Below, in pieces: positions 30,855 through 41,248 of a stretch of DNA of 64,000 nucleotides. The notes below the pieces were generated by a model. It was not told the DNA's origin. It ran no database searches and saw only the letters and a program-made list of their open reading frames with translations. The translations under genes were made by a program, and so were the position numbers. Location of the stretch: assembly GCA_963754315.1 (NCBI GenBank), contig CAVWFS010000001.1, positions 320,001 to 384,000 on the forward strand, in the 5' to 3' direction. Each line of letters begins with the position of its first letter. The first letter of the stretch is position 1. Origin of the DNA: an uncultured Candidatus Rokubacteria bacterium. Its GTDB lineage: Bacteria > Methylomirabilota > Methylomirabilia > Rokubacteriales > CSP1-6.

Positions 30855-32024
30855 ATGCACGTCGCGTCCCGCATGTCACGCCTCGGCACGGAGTCCGCCT
30901 TCGAAGTTCTCGCGCGCGCCCGCGCCCTGGAACGCCAGGGTCGGAGCATCATCCATCTGGAGATCGGCGAGCCTGACTTCGACACGCCGGAGCACATCAA
31001 GGACGCGGCCAAGCAAGCGCTCGACGCCGGCGCCACCCACTACGGCCCGTCGGCTGGTCTGCCCGAGCTGCGTGAGGTCATCGCCAAGCACGTGGCCGAG
31101 ACGCGCGGGGTGCCCGTGTCGCCGGACGAGGTGGTGGTGACACCAGGGGCCAAGCCCATCATGTTCTTCACGATCCTGGCCCTGGTTGGCGAAGGGGACG
31201 AGGCCATCTACCCGAATCCCGGGTTTCCCATCTACGAGTCCGTCATCCGCTTCGTGGGCGGGGTTCCCGTGCCCATTCCGTTGCGCGAGGCCACCGGCTT
31301 TGGTTTCGACATGGAAGAGTTCGAGCGGCGGCTGTCGTCGCGGACCCGCCTCATCATCATCAACTCGCCGGAGAATCCCACGGGCGGCGTGCTCGAGAGG
31401 GCCCAGATCGAGCGAATCGCCCACCTGGCCGCGGAGCGCGGGATCCCCGTGCTGGCCGACGAGATCTACCGTCAGTTCCTGTACGAGGGCGAGTTCCAGT
31501 CGATCATGTCGTTGCCCGGCATGCGCGAGCACACCATCCTGCTCGACGGGTTCTCCAAGTCCTACGCGATGACGGGCTGGCGTCTGGGCTATGGCGTGAT
31601 GCCGACCGCGCTGGCCGAGCACGTGACGCGGCTCATGGTGAACTCCAACTCCTGCACGGCGTCGTTCGTCCAGCTGGCCGGTCTGGCCGCGCTGCAGGGC
31701 GACCAGGGCTCCGTCACCCGCATGGTGGCCGAGTTCAGGCGTCGCCGCGACCTGGTGGTCGACGGTCTCAACACGCTGCCTGGAGTGCGCTGCGTGCTGC
31801 CTCGTGGGGCTTTTTACGTCTTTCCGAACATCACGGGAACTGGCCGCTCATCCGCCGAGGTGGCGGAGCGCCTGCTCACCGAGGCGGGAGTGGCCACCCT
31901 CTCGGGGACGGCCTTCGGCGAGTACGGCGAGGGTTACCTTCGGCTCTCCTATGCCAACTCGGAAGCCAACTTGCGTGAGGCCCTGACGCGGATGCGTCCC
32001 GTCCTGGCCGCCTTCGTCCGCTGA
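30855..32024 (+). CDS. PLP-dependent aminotransferase class I/II (aspartate aminotransferase-like)
   Basis: IGEPDFDTP, INSPENPTGG, DEIY, GFSKSYAMTGWRLG. Confidence 0.93.
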   Translation: MHVASRMSRLGTESAFEVLARARALERQGRSIIHLEIGEPDFDTPEHIKDAAKQALDAGATHYGPSAGLPELREVIAKHVAETRGVPVSPDEVVVTPGAKPIMFFTILALVGEGDEAIYPNPGFPIYESVIRFVGGVPVPIPLREATGFGFDMEEFERRLSSRTRLIIINSPENPTGGVLERAQIERIAHLAAERGIPVLADEIYRQFLYEGEFQSIMSLPGMREHTILLDGFSKSYAMTGWRLGYGVMPTALAEHVTRLMVNSNSCTASFVQLAGLAALQGDQGSVTRMVAEFRRRRDLVVDGLNTLPGVRCVLPRGAFYVFPNITGTGRSSAEVAERLLTEAGVATLSGTAFGEYGEGYLRLSYANSEANLREALTRMRPVLAAFVR

Positions 32025-32092
32025 CGGGCCGATCACTCGCTCGGGGGTTGCCGAGCGAGTGTGATGCCGGTCTGCGCTTCGAGTCGTCCCCG

Positions 32093-33592
32093 GTGATCGT
32101 CGCTGACCTCGTGGCCGACGTGCTCGCGCGGGCGGGGGTGCGACATCTGTTCACCGCGATGACGAACGGCCCCGCGACGGCCGTCGTCAACGCGGCGGGG
32201 CGGCACGATCTGCGTGTTGTTGCCGCACCGAGCGGAGGGACGGCCTGCCTGATGGCGGCCGTGACGGGATCGCTCCTCGACGCCCCTGGCGGCGCGGCGC
32301 TCAACGATGCCGAGGGCGTCAGGGAGGCACTGGGTCAGGCGATGCGGGATCGTTCGCCCTTGGTGCTCATCAGCGATTGCCCACTCACGAGTGACTTGCG
32401 CGGGATCGTCAAGGCGAGCGTTGTCGTCGAAGCGGCCACGGCAGCTCACTGGAGCGCCCACGCCACGCAGCTTGCCATGACCGATCCGCGCGGTCCCGTC
32501 CAGCTCGTGGTACCCCCCGGCGTGGCGACTGAGCCGGCCATCCCGGTCGCCACCTCGGTTCGTCCGGCTCCAGGGGTTTCCGCGATCGCTACCCTTGACC
32601 TGGCCGCCGACATCCTCGCCCGAGCCGTGCGCCCTGTCCTGATCGTGGGGCTCGAGTGCCGGTCGATCGAGGTCGCCAGCTGGATCCGGGCTCTCGCGGA
32701 GTCGCTTCCCGCGCCGGTGCTGGTCACCAGGAAGGGCAAGGGCGCCGTGCCCGATCCTCACCCCTTGCACCTCGGCCTCATCGAGCGAGCAGCGGGGCCA
32801 TCCCGTCCTTGCGCGATCTGATCTGGCAGTGATGATCGGCGTCGACCCAGCCGAGATTCCCTCAGATGGCTGGCCGCCGTCCCTCTCCGTCCTCCATCTC
32901 GGAGCGCTACCGTCGCCGTCTCTGCTAGGCAACACAAGAACGGACGTTCCGGAGATATCTCGCTCGCCATCGCCGAGCTGGCGCCGCGGCTTCGCGGCCG
33001 CCAGCGCGCCGACTGGGACGTGGCCGAGATCGATCGACTGAAGCGCGCCGCGATGGTCGCATCCGCGCGCCTCCCTGAGCCGCGCCGCCTCGCGAGCCAC
33101 ATCGTGGTCGCCGCTGTCCGCGAAGCGACGCCGCCGGGAACGGTCGCCGTGATCACCGCCGAAGAGGACGCACTTGGCCTTGTCGCCGCATGGCAGTCCG
33201 TGGCACCTCGCGAGCTGGTGGTGCCAGCGTTGCCCGCCGCTCCGGGCTTTGCGCTCGCGGCGGCGGTGGCTGCGGGCCTCGCCCGCGCCGAGGCGCGCGT
33301 CGTGTGCTTCGCCAGCCCGCGACAGGTTCTCGACGGCCGAGCGATATTGGCCACCGTAGCCCGGCTCGCGCTGCCCGTGCTGCTGCTGGTGGTCGGGGAG
33401 AGGGGAGGCGCCGCATCGGAGGGGGAGACCGTCAATCGAGCTGCTCTGGCTGCCGGATGGACGGCGACCGCGGTGATGGACGTGAACGGGTTACGTCGAG
33501 CCATCGAGGACGGAATGCTCGGACGGGGTCCCGCGCTGATCGATGCGAGTAATCGGAGCGATGAGCTCATCGACTCGCGGGGGACGGTATAA
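32093..33592 (+). pseudogene. Degenerate ThDP-enzyme (acetolactate synthase-like) homolog in three frames
   Basis: VADVLARAGVRHLF, A..MA, PRGPV.L, LAESLPAPVLVTRKGKG, GPALID; frameshifts near 32800 and 32950; catalytic Glu and GDG motif not seen. Confidence 0.55.
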
Positions 33593-33593
33593 T
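33588..33593 (+). promoter_or_regulatory. -10 box TATAAT, probable leaderless start at ATG 33600
   Basis: ggtataat-cctcct-ATG; no SD. Confidence 0.6.
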
Positions 33594-33599
33594 CCTCCT

Positions 33600-34247
33600 A
33601 TGGCCTTCCTGAGCGAACGCGATCAAGCGGCTGTGCGTACGGAATTCGAGAAGCTGGGGGGAACGGTGAAGCTCGTCGTGTTCTCGCAGGAGCTGGTCGC
33701 CGGGGATCTCTGTCGCCAGAACGAGCAGCTCATGCGAGAGGTGGCCGAGCTCGCCGACGGTCGAGCGAGCGTCGAGGTCCTGAACCCCGCCATAGACCGC
33801 GAGCGTGCCGAGGCCTACGGCGTCGACCAGGTTCCGGCCACCGTGGTGGAGGGCGCACGCGACTACGGCATCCGCTTCTACGGCATCCCGTCCGGGTATG
33901 AGTTCAGCAACCTGATCGACGCGATGATCGTCGCCTCTACCGGGACACCAGAACTCTCGGAGGCCACGCGGGACTCGCTGGCCGCGCTAGCCGGCGATGT
34001 GCAGATCAAGGTTTTCTCGACCCCCACCTGACCCCATTGTCCCCGGGCGGTGCGCCTGGCTCAGCACATGGCGGTGGCTTCCGACCGAATCACGGCAACC
34101 GCGATCGAGGCGACCGAGTTCCCCGAACTGTCCCGGGCTTACCGTGTGATGGCAGTACCGAAGATCGTCATCAACGAGCGCGTGCAGTTCGAGGGTGCGC
34201 TTCCCGAGCCCCAGTTCCTGGAGGCAGTCCTCCGGGCCAGTTCTTGA
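33600..34247 (+). CDS. Protein disulfide oxidoreductase (two-domain glutaredoxin/AhpF-N-like), probable selenoprotein (U144, UPHC)
   Basis: ORFs 33543-34031 and 34050-34247 are in the same frame, separated only by TGA 34029-34031 in FSTPT-U-PHCP; YGIRFYGIPSGYEF and VMAVPKIVIN..FEGA motifs. Confidence 0.88.
34043..34059 (+). promoter_or_regulatory. Candidate bacterial SECIS hairpin
   Basis: ccgggcg-GTG-cgcctgg; loop begins 19 nt after the UGA. Confidence 0.6.
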
Positions 34248-34656
34248 AATTGGGGGATCGCGCGGAGTTGCTCTTCGCGTATGGAACCCTCATGCGAGGG
34301 TACCCTCTGCATCAGGCGATCGCGGGCCGCGCGACGTTTCTGGAGTCTGGCTCCGTGCGAGGGATGCTTCTCGACCTCGGGCAGTATCCTGGCTTGCGCG
34401 AGGGCCGGGGAGAGTCATGGGTGAGCTCTATCGCATCGACACGCCCGAACTTCTCCCGATAGTCGATCGCGAGGAGGGGTACAATTTCGAACGCTACCGG
34501 ACATTGGTCACCCTGACGGGTGGCCGTCGCGTCCGGGCGTGGGCATATCGTTACCGAGGGCCGCGCGAGAGGGCGACTCTCATCGCCGACGGAGACTACC
34601 GGCGGGCGCGCCCGCCAGCGAGACGCTCGCCCGAGCACGCGAGGGTCCTTTACTGA
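34244..34656 (+). CDS. Gamma-glutamylcyclotransferase (AIG2-like), frameshift near 34410
   Basis: LFAYGTLMRG, YPGL, GELY, DREEG, AWAYRY. Confidence 0.8.
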
Positions 34657-34667
34657 GGAGGATGTCG

Positions 34668-36050
34668 ATGGCGCTCACGGCCGCGGAGCTTGTCAACTCG
34701 GATCACGAACACCTTATCCATCCGCTGCATCACCCGACCGACACCGCGGAGCCGATGATCTACGTGCGCGGCCGGGGCGCCACCCTCACCGATATCGGCG
34801 GCAAGGAGTACATCGACGGTTTGGCCGGCCTCTGGAACGTCAACGTCGGCCACGGGCGGGCCGAGCTGGCCGAAGCCGCTGCCGAGCAGATGAAGGAGCT
34901 TGCCTACTACTCCGGCTACGCAGGATTCTCCAGCGTGCCGGCCATCAATCTGGCCAGCAAGCTCATCCAGCTCAGTTATCCGAACATGCAGGCCGTCTTT
35001 CTCACCTGCGGTGGGGCCGAGGCCAACGAGTCCGCCTTCAAGACGGCGCGCTTCTTCTGGAAGGCCAACGGCAAGCCCACCAAGGTGAAGATCATTGCCC
35101 GCCAGAATGGCTATCACGGCGTCACCCTGCAGGCCATGAGCGCCACCGGCATGCCCGCCTACTGGAAGATGTTCGAGCCGCGCGTGCCCGACTTCGTTCA
35201 CATCCAGTCGTGCTATCCGTACCGATTCCAGGGGGCCCGCCCGGGGGAGACGGTGGGGCAGGCGGCGGCCCGCGAACTGGAGGAGGCGATCCTGCGCGAA
35301 GGCCCCGACACGGTGGCGGCGTTCATCGCGGAGCCGATCCACGGCGGCGGCGGTGTCATCTATCCGACCGACGATTATTTCGGGCGAGTGCGCGAGGTGT
35401 GCACGCGCCACCAGGTGTTGTTCATCGCTGACGAGGTGATCACGGGCTTCTGCCGGACGGGCACGTGGTTCGCGATGACGCACTGGAACGTGCTGCCCGA
35501 CATCATGTCGTTCGCCAAGGGTGTGACGTCCGGCTACATGCCCCTCGGGGGTATCATGATCACCAAGGCCATCAAGGATGCGATGGAGTCGGTGCCTCCC
35601 GGCGATCGGTGGATGCATGCGTACACGTATTCTGGCCATCCCACCTGCTGCGCGGTGGCCCTCAAGAACCTCGAGATCATGGAGCGCGAGCGATTGTGGG
35701 AGAACGCGGCGCTCATGGGAACACGCCTGCACCAGGGGCTGAACGCGGCGTTTGCCAGCCATCCCCACGCCGGGGACATCCGGGGCGGCAAGGGCCTGCT
35801 GGCGGCGGTGGAGCTGGTGGAGGATCGTGCGACGAAGGCCAATTTCCCGCTCGACAAGAAGATCGGCAACCGGGTTGCCGCCGAGATGATGAAGCGCGGC
35901 GTGGTCACCCGGGTGCGCGCTGCCAGTGGCCCGCATCCGGCCAATGGCGACACGGTGTTCTTCTCGCCACCCCTCATCATCACCGCGGCCGAGGTGGATC
36001 GTCTGGTGGCGGTGGCGCGCGACGCCGTGAAGGCCGTCCTCGGCGTGTAA
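34668..36050 (+). CDS. PLP-dependent aminotransferase class III (omega-amine type)
   Basis: YIDGLAGLWNVNVGHGR, GYHG, AFIAEPI, DEVITGF, AKGVTSGY, YTYSGHP. Confidence 0.93.
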   Translation: MALTAAELVNSDHEHLIHPLHHPTDTAEPMIYVRGRGATLTDIGGKEYIDGLAGLWNVNVGHGRAELAEAAAEQMKELAYYSGYAGFSSVPAINLASKLIQLSYPNMQAVFLTCGGAEANESAFKTARFFWKANGKPTKVKIIARQNGYHGVTLQAMSATGMPAYWKMFEPRVPDFVHIQSCYPYRFQGARPGETVGQAAARELEEAILREGPDTVAAFIAEPIHGGGGVIYPTDDYFGRVREVCTRHQVLFIADEVITGFCRTGTWFAMTHWNVLPDIMSFAKGVTSGYMPLGGIMITKAIKDAMESVPPGDRWMHAYTYSGHPTCCAVALKNLEIMERERLWENAALMGTRLHQGLNAAFASHPHAGDIRGGKGLLAAVELVEDRATKANFPLDKKIGNRVAAEMMKRGVVTRVRAASGPHPANGDTVFFSPPLIITAAEVDRLVAVARDAVKAVLGV

Positions 36051-36057
36051 ACGCGCC

Positions 36058-36258
36058 GTGCGGCTGATCACCGCTCACCGCATCCTCATCGCGACCGGGA
36101 TCGCCTTCTTTCTCTTCTACGCCGTCTTCCAGGGCCGACGCTACCTGGCCCTGGGTGAGGGCCTGGCGCTCACGCAGGCGATCGTGTCGGTCGCGGTGGC
36201 GGTACTGCTCACCCTCTACTACCGTGGGCTGGCCAAGCGGTGGAACGGGCCGTCCTGA
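36058..36258 (+). CDS. Small two-TM hypothetical protein
   Basis: MRLITAHRILI..., two hydrophobic helices, operon position. Confidence 0.6.
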   Translation: MRLITAHRILIATGIAFFLFYAVFQGRRYLALGEGLALTQAIVSVAVAVLLTLYYRGLAKRWNGPS

Positions 36259-36602
36259 TCTACGACGGGGATTGCGCCATGTGCCGGGGGAGCGCGCTCT
36301 GGCTCATGCGACGCGCAAGGATTCCCGATCGCCTGGAGATTCTGCCGTGCCGTTCGCGGCCACGTCGCGAGCGCTATCCCCAGATAAGCGACGAGGCATG
36401 CATGCAGGCCATGCAGCTCGTGCTGGCCGATGGGCGCATCCTCTCCGGCGGCGAAGCCGTACCCGAGCTGCTGCGCCGTGTCCGCGGCTGGCGGTGGGTC
36501 GCCGCTCTGGTAGGGCTCCCGCCGTTCTTGCCCGTCACCCGCCGGATCTACGCCTGGATCGCGCGCAACCGCATGCGCCTGTCATGTGGGCTCCGGCCGT
36601 GA
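36240..36602 (+). CDS. DCC1-like thiol-disulfide oxidoreductase (DUF393)
   Basis: LIYDGDCAMC (DxxCxxC) and Y.WIARNR signature. Confidence 0.88.
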   Translation: MERAVLIYDGDCAMCRGSALWLMRRARIPDRLEILPCRSRPRRERYPQISDEACMQAMQLVLADGRILSGGEAVPELLRRVRGWRWVAALVGLPPFLPVTRRIYAWIARNRMRLSCGLRP

Positions 36603-37510
36603 GCGAGGACCTGGGCGAGCGCGCGTAGAGTCGTTCGCGTCCTGACTCCACGTCGGCTGCAGACTCCGCCCCGGTGCACAGGCGCGCGCCAATGCCATTC
36701 TCGGCCAGCGCGGCCCGATCGAGAAGGCTCCTGATGCTCCTGCTTGACCGCCTCGGAGTCGGGCGTCCACTGTGATGTTGGCCTGCCCGCTACGGCCGGA
36801 TTGTGGGACAGCCACCGCCAAACCAGAATGTGGCCCATGAGCGCGGCCGGGACCAGAATGGCTGGCAGCCATACGAATGGAGGGTAGGTGATAAAGATAT
36901 TCAGCCGCTCGTCGCCGAACCACCGAAACAGCGGCGTGGAGAGGATGGCGATGGTGACGATGTTCACGAGGAGCGCGAGTCCGAAGAAGTTCCAGAAGGC
37001 GACCACCCAGCGCGGCACTCGGCCGAACGCCAGCCAAAGTCCAACGACGCCCGCGGTGATCCCGCTGAGGATATCGTAGTTCTGACCCGAGTAACTCATC
37101 TGCACTGGCATCACCCCTTCGACATAGGCCCGGTGCATGATCAGCTCCAAAGGAACGCGGAACACCTGAAAGCCCACTAACGCCCAGAGCGGCAAGCCGC
37201 GAACGAGCAGCGTCCCCAGGGACGAGCAGGGGACGGCAATGCCGACGACGCCTACTGCGAGCGGCAAGACCGCAAAGGGAGGCACCGTCGCATCGAACCA
37301 GCGGAGAGCACCACTGGCGGCGATAACCGCGGTAACCAACAGCCACGCAAGCACGGCCGCGCTGAGGCGCACGGCGCGGCGTCTCCGCACAGCAATGTCT
37401 TGCCCGAGACGCCGGCCGGCCCACTCGCAACCGAGGACGAAGCCGGCTGCGACCAGGAGCGGCAGAAGGACAAACGCTCCGGTGACGAGCCCGGACGCCT
37501 TGGGAAGCAT
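36548..37510 (-). CDS. Hypothetical polytopic membrane protein; C-terminal extension doubtful
   Basis: LVGFQVFRVPLE, GQNYDILSG, WNFFGL, PFVWLP conserved-looking motifs; RBS ggaagg. Confidence 0.65.
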   Translation of the reverse strand: MLPKASGLVTGAFVLLPLLVAAGFVLGCEWAGRRLGQDIAVRRRRAVRLSAAVLAWLLVTAVIAASGALRWFDATVPPFAVLPLAVGVVGIAVPCSSLGTLLVRGLPLWALVGFQVFRVPLELIMHRAYVEGVMPVQMSYSGQNYDILSGITAGVVGLWLAFGRVPRWVVAFWNFFGLALLVNIVTIAILSTPLFRWFGDERLNIFITYPPFVWLPAILVPAALMGHILVWRWLSHNPAVAGRPTSQWTPDSEAVKQEHQEPSRSGRAGREWHWRAPVHRGGVCSRRGVRTRTTLRALAQVLAHGRSPHDRRMRLRAIQA

Positions 37511-37908
37511 GCCCCCTTCCTATCCTGAGTCGAGTCCCCTGTGCGAGGGAGCCTTGGCCGAGCCGCTGACTCTCGCGGTACGTCATTCAACGAGGGCATC
37601 CACCCGACGAGGACGTATTCGGCTCGAGCTGCGTAGCCCAGCTCGCGGAGGCCGGTCCTCTGAAGGCTGCCAACAGCTGTCGCTTCGGCGCAGGACGAGC
37701 CGAACTCCCATCGAGATGTCCGATTCGTGCCGCCTGTCGGTCCCTGCTGTGCACCGTCGACGAGCGCACAGCGAGGAGACCCAGGACCATGACGTCGAGG
37801 CCAGCGAGCTGTAGCCGTTCAACAAGCCCCTCCGGGTGGCCGATGGCCCATCGTCACGCTCGCGGGGCGCTTGGCCGCCGAGGCCATCGTCGAGGATTGG
37901 GCCGCGCC

Positions 37909-38367
37909 CTAGGCGGAACGTGGGGTGCCACGCCGGGATCCGCCCGTTCGCTTGAGCTTGACCTGGCTGCCGCGCACCTTGTCGTGGCAGTGCGGGCAGA
38001 AATAGCCGACCTCGAGCGGGGTCTGACAGTCGGTGTGCACCAGCGCGGTCTGCGGGTGCAGGTGACGGGATCCCCAGGCGGCAAGGGCGCCCACCACCAC
38101 TCCCAGCTCACGGCCGCGCTCCGTGAGGAGATACTCGGCGCGGGGCGGATGCTCGGAATAGAAGCGACGGGTCACGATGCCATGCTCCTCCAGGGTCTGT
38201 AGCCGGGCGGAGAGCACGTTGGGGGCGATCCCGGGCAGCGACTCTTGAAGATCCCCGAAACGGCGCGGGCGTGAGAGCAGGTCGCGCACGACGAGCAAGG
38301 TCCAGCGCTCACCCAGCAATTCCACGGACTTCGCCACCGGACAGGCTTGCTGGTACTGCTTGGGCAT
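37909..38367 (-). CDS. HxlR-family winged-helix transcriptional regulator
   Basis: CPVAKSVELLGERWTLLVVRDL, RL..LE..GIV.R, PPRAEYLLT; C-terminal HxxC/CxxC. Confidence 0.92.
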   Translation of the reverse strand: MPKQYQQACPVAKSVELLGERWTLLVVRDLLSRPRRFGDLQESLPGIAPNVLSARLQTLEEHGIVTRRFYSEHPPRAEYLLTERGRELGVVVGALAAWGSRHLHPQTALVHTDCQTPLEVGYFCPHCHDKVRGSQVKLKRTGGSRRGTPRSA

Positions 38368-38373
38368 GAATCC

Positions 38374-38423
38374 ATTATAGATAGGAGTTGACGCTTAGGC
38401 TAGTCACTAGTAATTTAGTAGTT
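38374..38423. promoter_or_regulatory. Divergent promoters and probable HxlR operator
   Basis: Minus strand: TATAAT (38379-38374) 6 nt before ATG 38367. Plus strand: TTGACG (38388)-17 nt-TAATTT (38411), 7 nt before ATG 38424. Palindrome ctagtcactag at 38400-38410. Confidence 0.7.
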
Positions 38424-39812
38424 ATGACCGGATCAGCGACGACCTTCGGCGTGGCGGCCGGGCCCGCGTCCACCGCCGCTCGCACGCGGCACTTTCTGGA
38501 AGGCCCCATCGTCCCTACCTTGCTTCGCCTGACCGCCCCCAACGTGGTGGTGCTGGCGGTGCAGACGACCATCAACGTCCTCGAGGCGTACTTCGTCGGG
38601 TGGCTGGGGACCGACGCCTTGGCCGGGGTGTCGTTGGTCTTTCCGCTGGTCATGCTTCTCCAGACGATGTCGGCGGGGGGCATGGGAGGAGGCGTAGCCT
38701 CCGCCATCGCCCGCGCCCTCGGCGCCGGTCGCCGTGACGATGCCAACGCCATCGTCGTGCACGCCTTGCTCATCGCCGCCGCGATGGCCGCCCTCTTCAC
38801 CGGCGGCATGCTTCTGGGTGGGCCGGCCCTCTTCCGAGGCATGGGTGGACGCGACGGCGCGCTGGAGGCCGCCGTGTCGTACTCCACGGTGATCTTCACC
38901 GGTGCCGTCGCCGTCTGGATGTTCAACACGCTCGGGAGCATCATCCGGGGCACCGGCAACATGATCCTGCCCGCCGCCGTCACGGTGGGCGGCGGCTTGC
39001 TGATCATTCCCCTCTCCCCGGTGCTGATCCTCGGCTTCGGATCCTTGCCCTCACTCGGCGTGGCAGGGGCCGGCCTCGCCGTGGTCGCGTATTACACGAT
39101 CGGCAGCGTGGTGTTCACGCTCTATCTCGCCTCTGGCCGTGGTCTGGTGAGACTGCGCCGGCGACGTGTCACTCTGCGCTGGGCGCACTTCCGGGAGATC
39201 CTCAGGGTGGGGTTGCCGGGAGCGTTCAATACCGTGCAGACCAACCTGACCCAGGTCCTGCTCACGGCAGCGGTGGGTGCTTTCGGCACCGCCGCCCTCG
39301 CCGGGTATGGCATGGGCGCGCGCCTGGAGTACTTGCAGATCCCGCTCGTCTTCGGCATGGGGTCGGCGCTGGTCACCATGGTCGGCACCAACATCGGGGC
39401 GGGCCAGCCCGAGCGGGCGCGCCGGGTCGCCTGGATCGGCGCCGGCATCGCGGCGGGGCTGACCGCGTCCATCGGGCTGCTGGGTGCGGTGGCGCCCCAT
39501 CTGTGGCTCGGCCTGTTCAGCCAGGAGGCCGATGTGCTGGCGGCCGGCGCGACCTATCTGCGGATCGTTGGCCCCACCTATGGGTTCTTCGGTCTCGGGC
39601 TCGCCCTTTACTTCGCGTCGCAAGGAGCCGGCCGCCTGCTGTGGCCGGTGCTGGGAGGCGCCTCGCGGCTGCTCGTGGCCGCGGGCGGAGGCTGGCTCGT
39701 GGTGCATGTCCTTGGGGGAGGCCTGGCGGCGCTGTGCGGCGTCATTGCGATCGCCTTCGTGATCTTCGGTTCCACCATCGCGCTGGCTGTCCGCGCAGGC
39801 GCGTGGAAGTGA
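38424..39812 (+). CDS. MATE family efflux transporter
   Basis: LEGPIVPTLLRL, GWLGTDALAG, IIRGTGNM, ILRVGLP, VGTNIGAG. Confidence 0.92.
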   Translation: MTGSATTFGVAAGPASTAARTRHFLEGPIVPTLLRLTAPNVVVLAVQTTINVLEAYFVGWLGTDALAGVSLVFPLVMLLQTMSAGGMGGGVASAIARALGAGRRDDANAIVVHALLIAAAMAALFTGGMLLGGPALFRGMGGRDGALEAAVSYSTVIFTGAVAVWMFNTLGSIIRGTGNMILPAAVTVGGGLLIIPLSPVLILGFGSLPSLGVAGAGLAVVAYYTIGSVVFTLYLASGRGLVRLRRRRVTLRWAHFREILRVGLPGAFNTVQTNLTQVLLTAAVGAFGTAALAGYGMGARLEYLQIPLVFGMGSALVTMVGTNIGAGQPERARRVAWIGAGIAAGLTASIGLLGAVAPHLWLGLFSQEADVLAAGATYLRIVGPTYGFFGLGLALYFASQGAGRLLWPVLGGASRLLVAAGGGWLVVHVLGGGLAALCGVIAIAFVIFGSTIALAVRAGAWK

Positions 39813-39914
39813 GGTCATGTCGACCATGCCGGACGTGGTCCCGATGACCCCGCGAGTGGCCCCCGAACGACGCTGCGCGGCGGTAGTTGAGAGGCCCCCG
39901 GAAGACCCGGTAGC

Positions 39915-39962
39915 TGCCTGCCAGATCGGCAGCCCCCCAGGCGGCTGCCCAAACTTTGCGCT
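39915..39962 (+). promoter_or_regulatory. Pair of NtrC-like enhancer sites
   Basis: TGCC-N9-GGCA (39915-39931) and TGC-N11-GCT (39946-39962), 31 bp apart, ~160-200 bp upstream of a sigma54 motif. Confidence 0.5.
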
Positions 39963-40118
39963 TGCTGAGGGCCCTCCAGGTGTTTGCCAAGGTGGGTGCG
40001 ACGCCGGTAGGCAGTGACGCCATGCTGCTTGCGTCGACAGCAGTTTGCCTCGCCTTCGTAGGGACGATCGCAGCGTCAAGTACCCGGTTCGACTTGACTG
40101 GAGAAGGCAGGCCTCACG

Positions 40119-40134
40119 CGGCACAGGCCTTGCT
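40119..40134 (+). promoter_or_regulatory. Sigma54 (-24/-12) promoter of the amt-glnK operon
   Basis: CGGCAC-aggcc-TTGCT (GG-N10-GC) upstream of amt. Confidence 0.75.
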
Positions 40135-40246
40135 GACCTCCTGCTCGGGTGAGCCGCCGTCAAGATCAGGAACGGCAGTTCGACGGTAACCGCGCTCAAC
40201 CACACCACGTGACCCGCCAACGGCGCCGGGCCCGAAGGAGACTTCG

Positions 40247-40883
40247 ATGAGTCATACGGCATCGTGGTTGGCCAGAGGACCGATGATCGCCCTCGTGATC
40301 GTGACGGTGCTCGTCACAGGCGGGATGGCATGGGCCCAGGACAAGCCATCGGAGCCGACACCGGCGGCGGCAGTACCGGGGCCGGCCGCCGCTCCGGCAG
40401 ATCCGGTCAAGGAGCTCACCACGAAGATCGGCGACCTGAAGGTCGCTGCCGATACCATGTGGGTGCTCGTCACCGCGTTCCTCGTCTTTTTCATGAACCT
40501 CGGCTTCGCCAGCGTCGAGTCTGGATTCTGTCGCGCCAAGAACACGGTGACCATCCTCGCCAAGAGTTTTCACCCAACACGACCGGTAACGGTCTCTTCT
40601 TCGGCGGCGGCCTGAAGCTGCTCGATCGCGCAGCTCATCGGCGTCATCGCAGTTGGGAATCTTCGTCCTGATCGCCTCCAGCATCTTCTGGGCAATCATC
40701 AAGGCCGTCATGGGCATCCGGGTGACGGCGGAAGAAGAGATCGAGGGCCTCGACGTGGGTGAGCACGGCATCAGCGCCTACCCCGATTTCCACCGCAGCG
40801 CCGCGTATGGCTCCCTGACGGCGCCGACCTCAGCCAGCCAGACGAGTCCACTCGGAGTGCCGGCCGTGGGGCGCAGTGTCTAG
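40247..40883 (+). pseudogene. amtB: Ammonium transporter (Amt) with a large internal deletion and frameshifts
   Basis: N-terminal DTMWVLVTAFLVFFMNLGFASVESGFCRAKN joined at ~40565 directly to C-terminal GLFFGGG...GIRVTAEEEIEGLDVGEHG. Confidence 0.85.
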
Positions 40884-41231
<348 letters not shown>

Positions 41232-41248
41232 AGACGGGAGGAACCACG

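Noticed and set aside
36640..37830. attC-like fragments around the membrane-protein gene (ctgcagccgacg; cgaagcgacagctgttggc)
   Set aside because: No paired RYYYAAC/GTTRRRY boundaries with a convincing stem; too degenerate to call
39817..40017. Cys-containing 66-aa ORF after the MATE gene as a RiPP precursor
   Set aside because: It overlaps the NtrC-like sites of the amt promoter, has no adjacent maturase and matches no recognisable family
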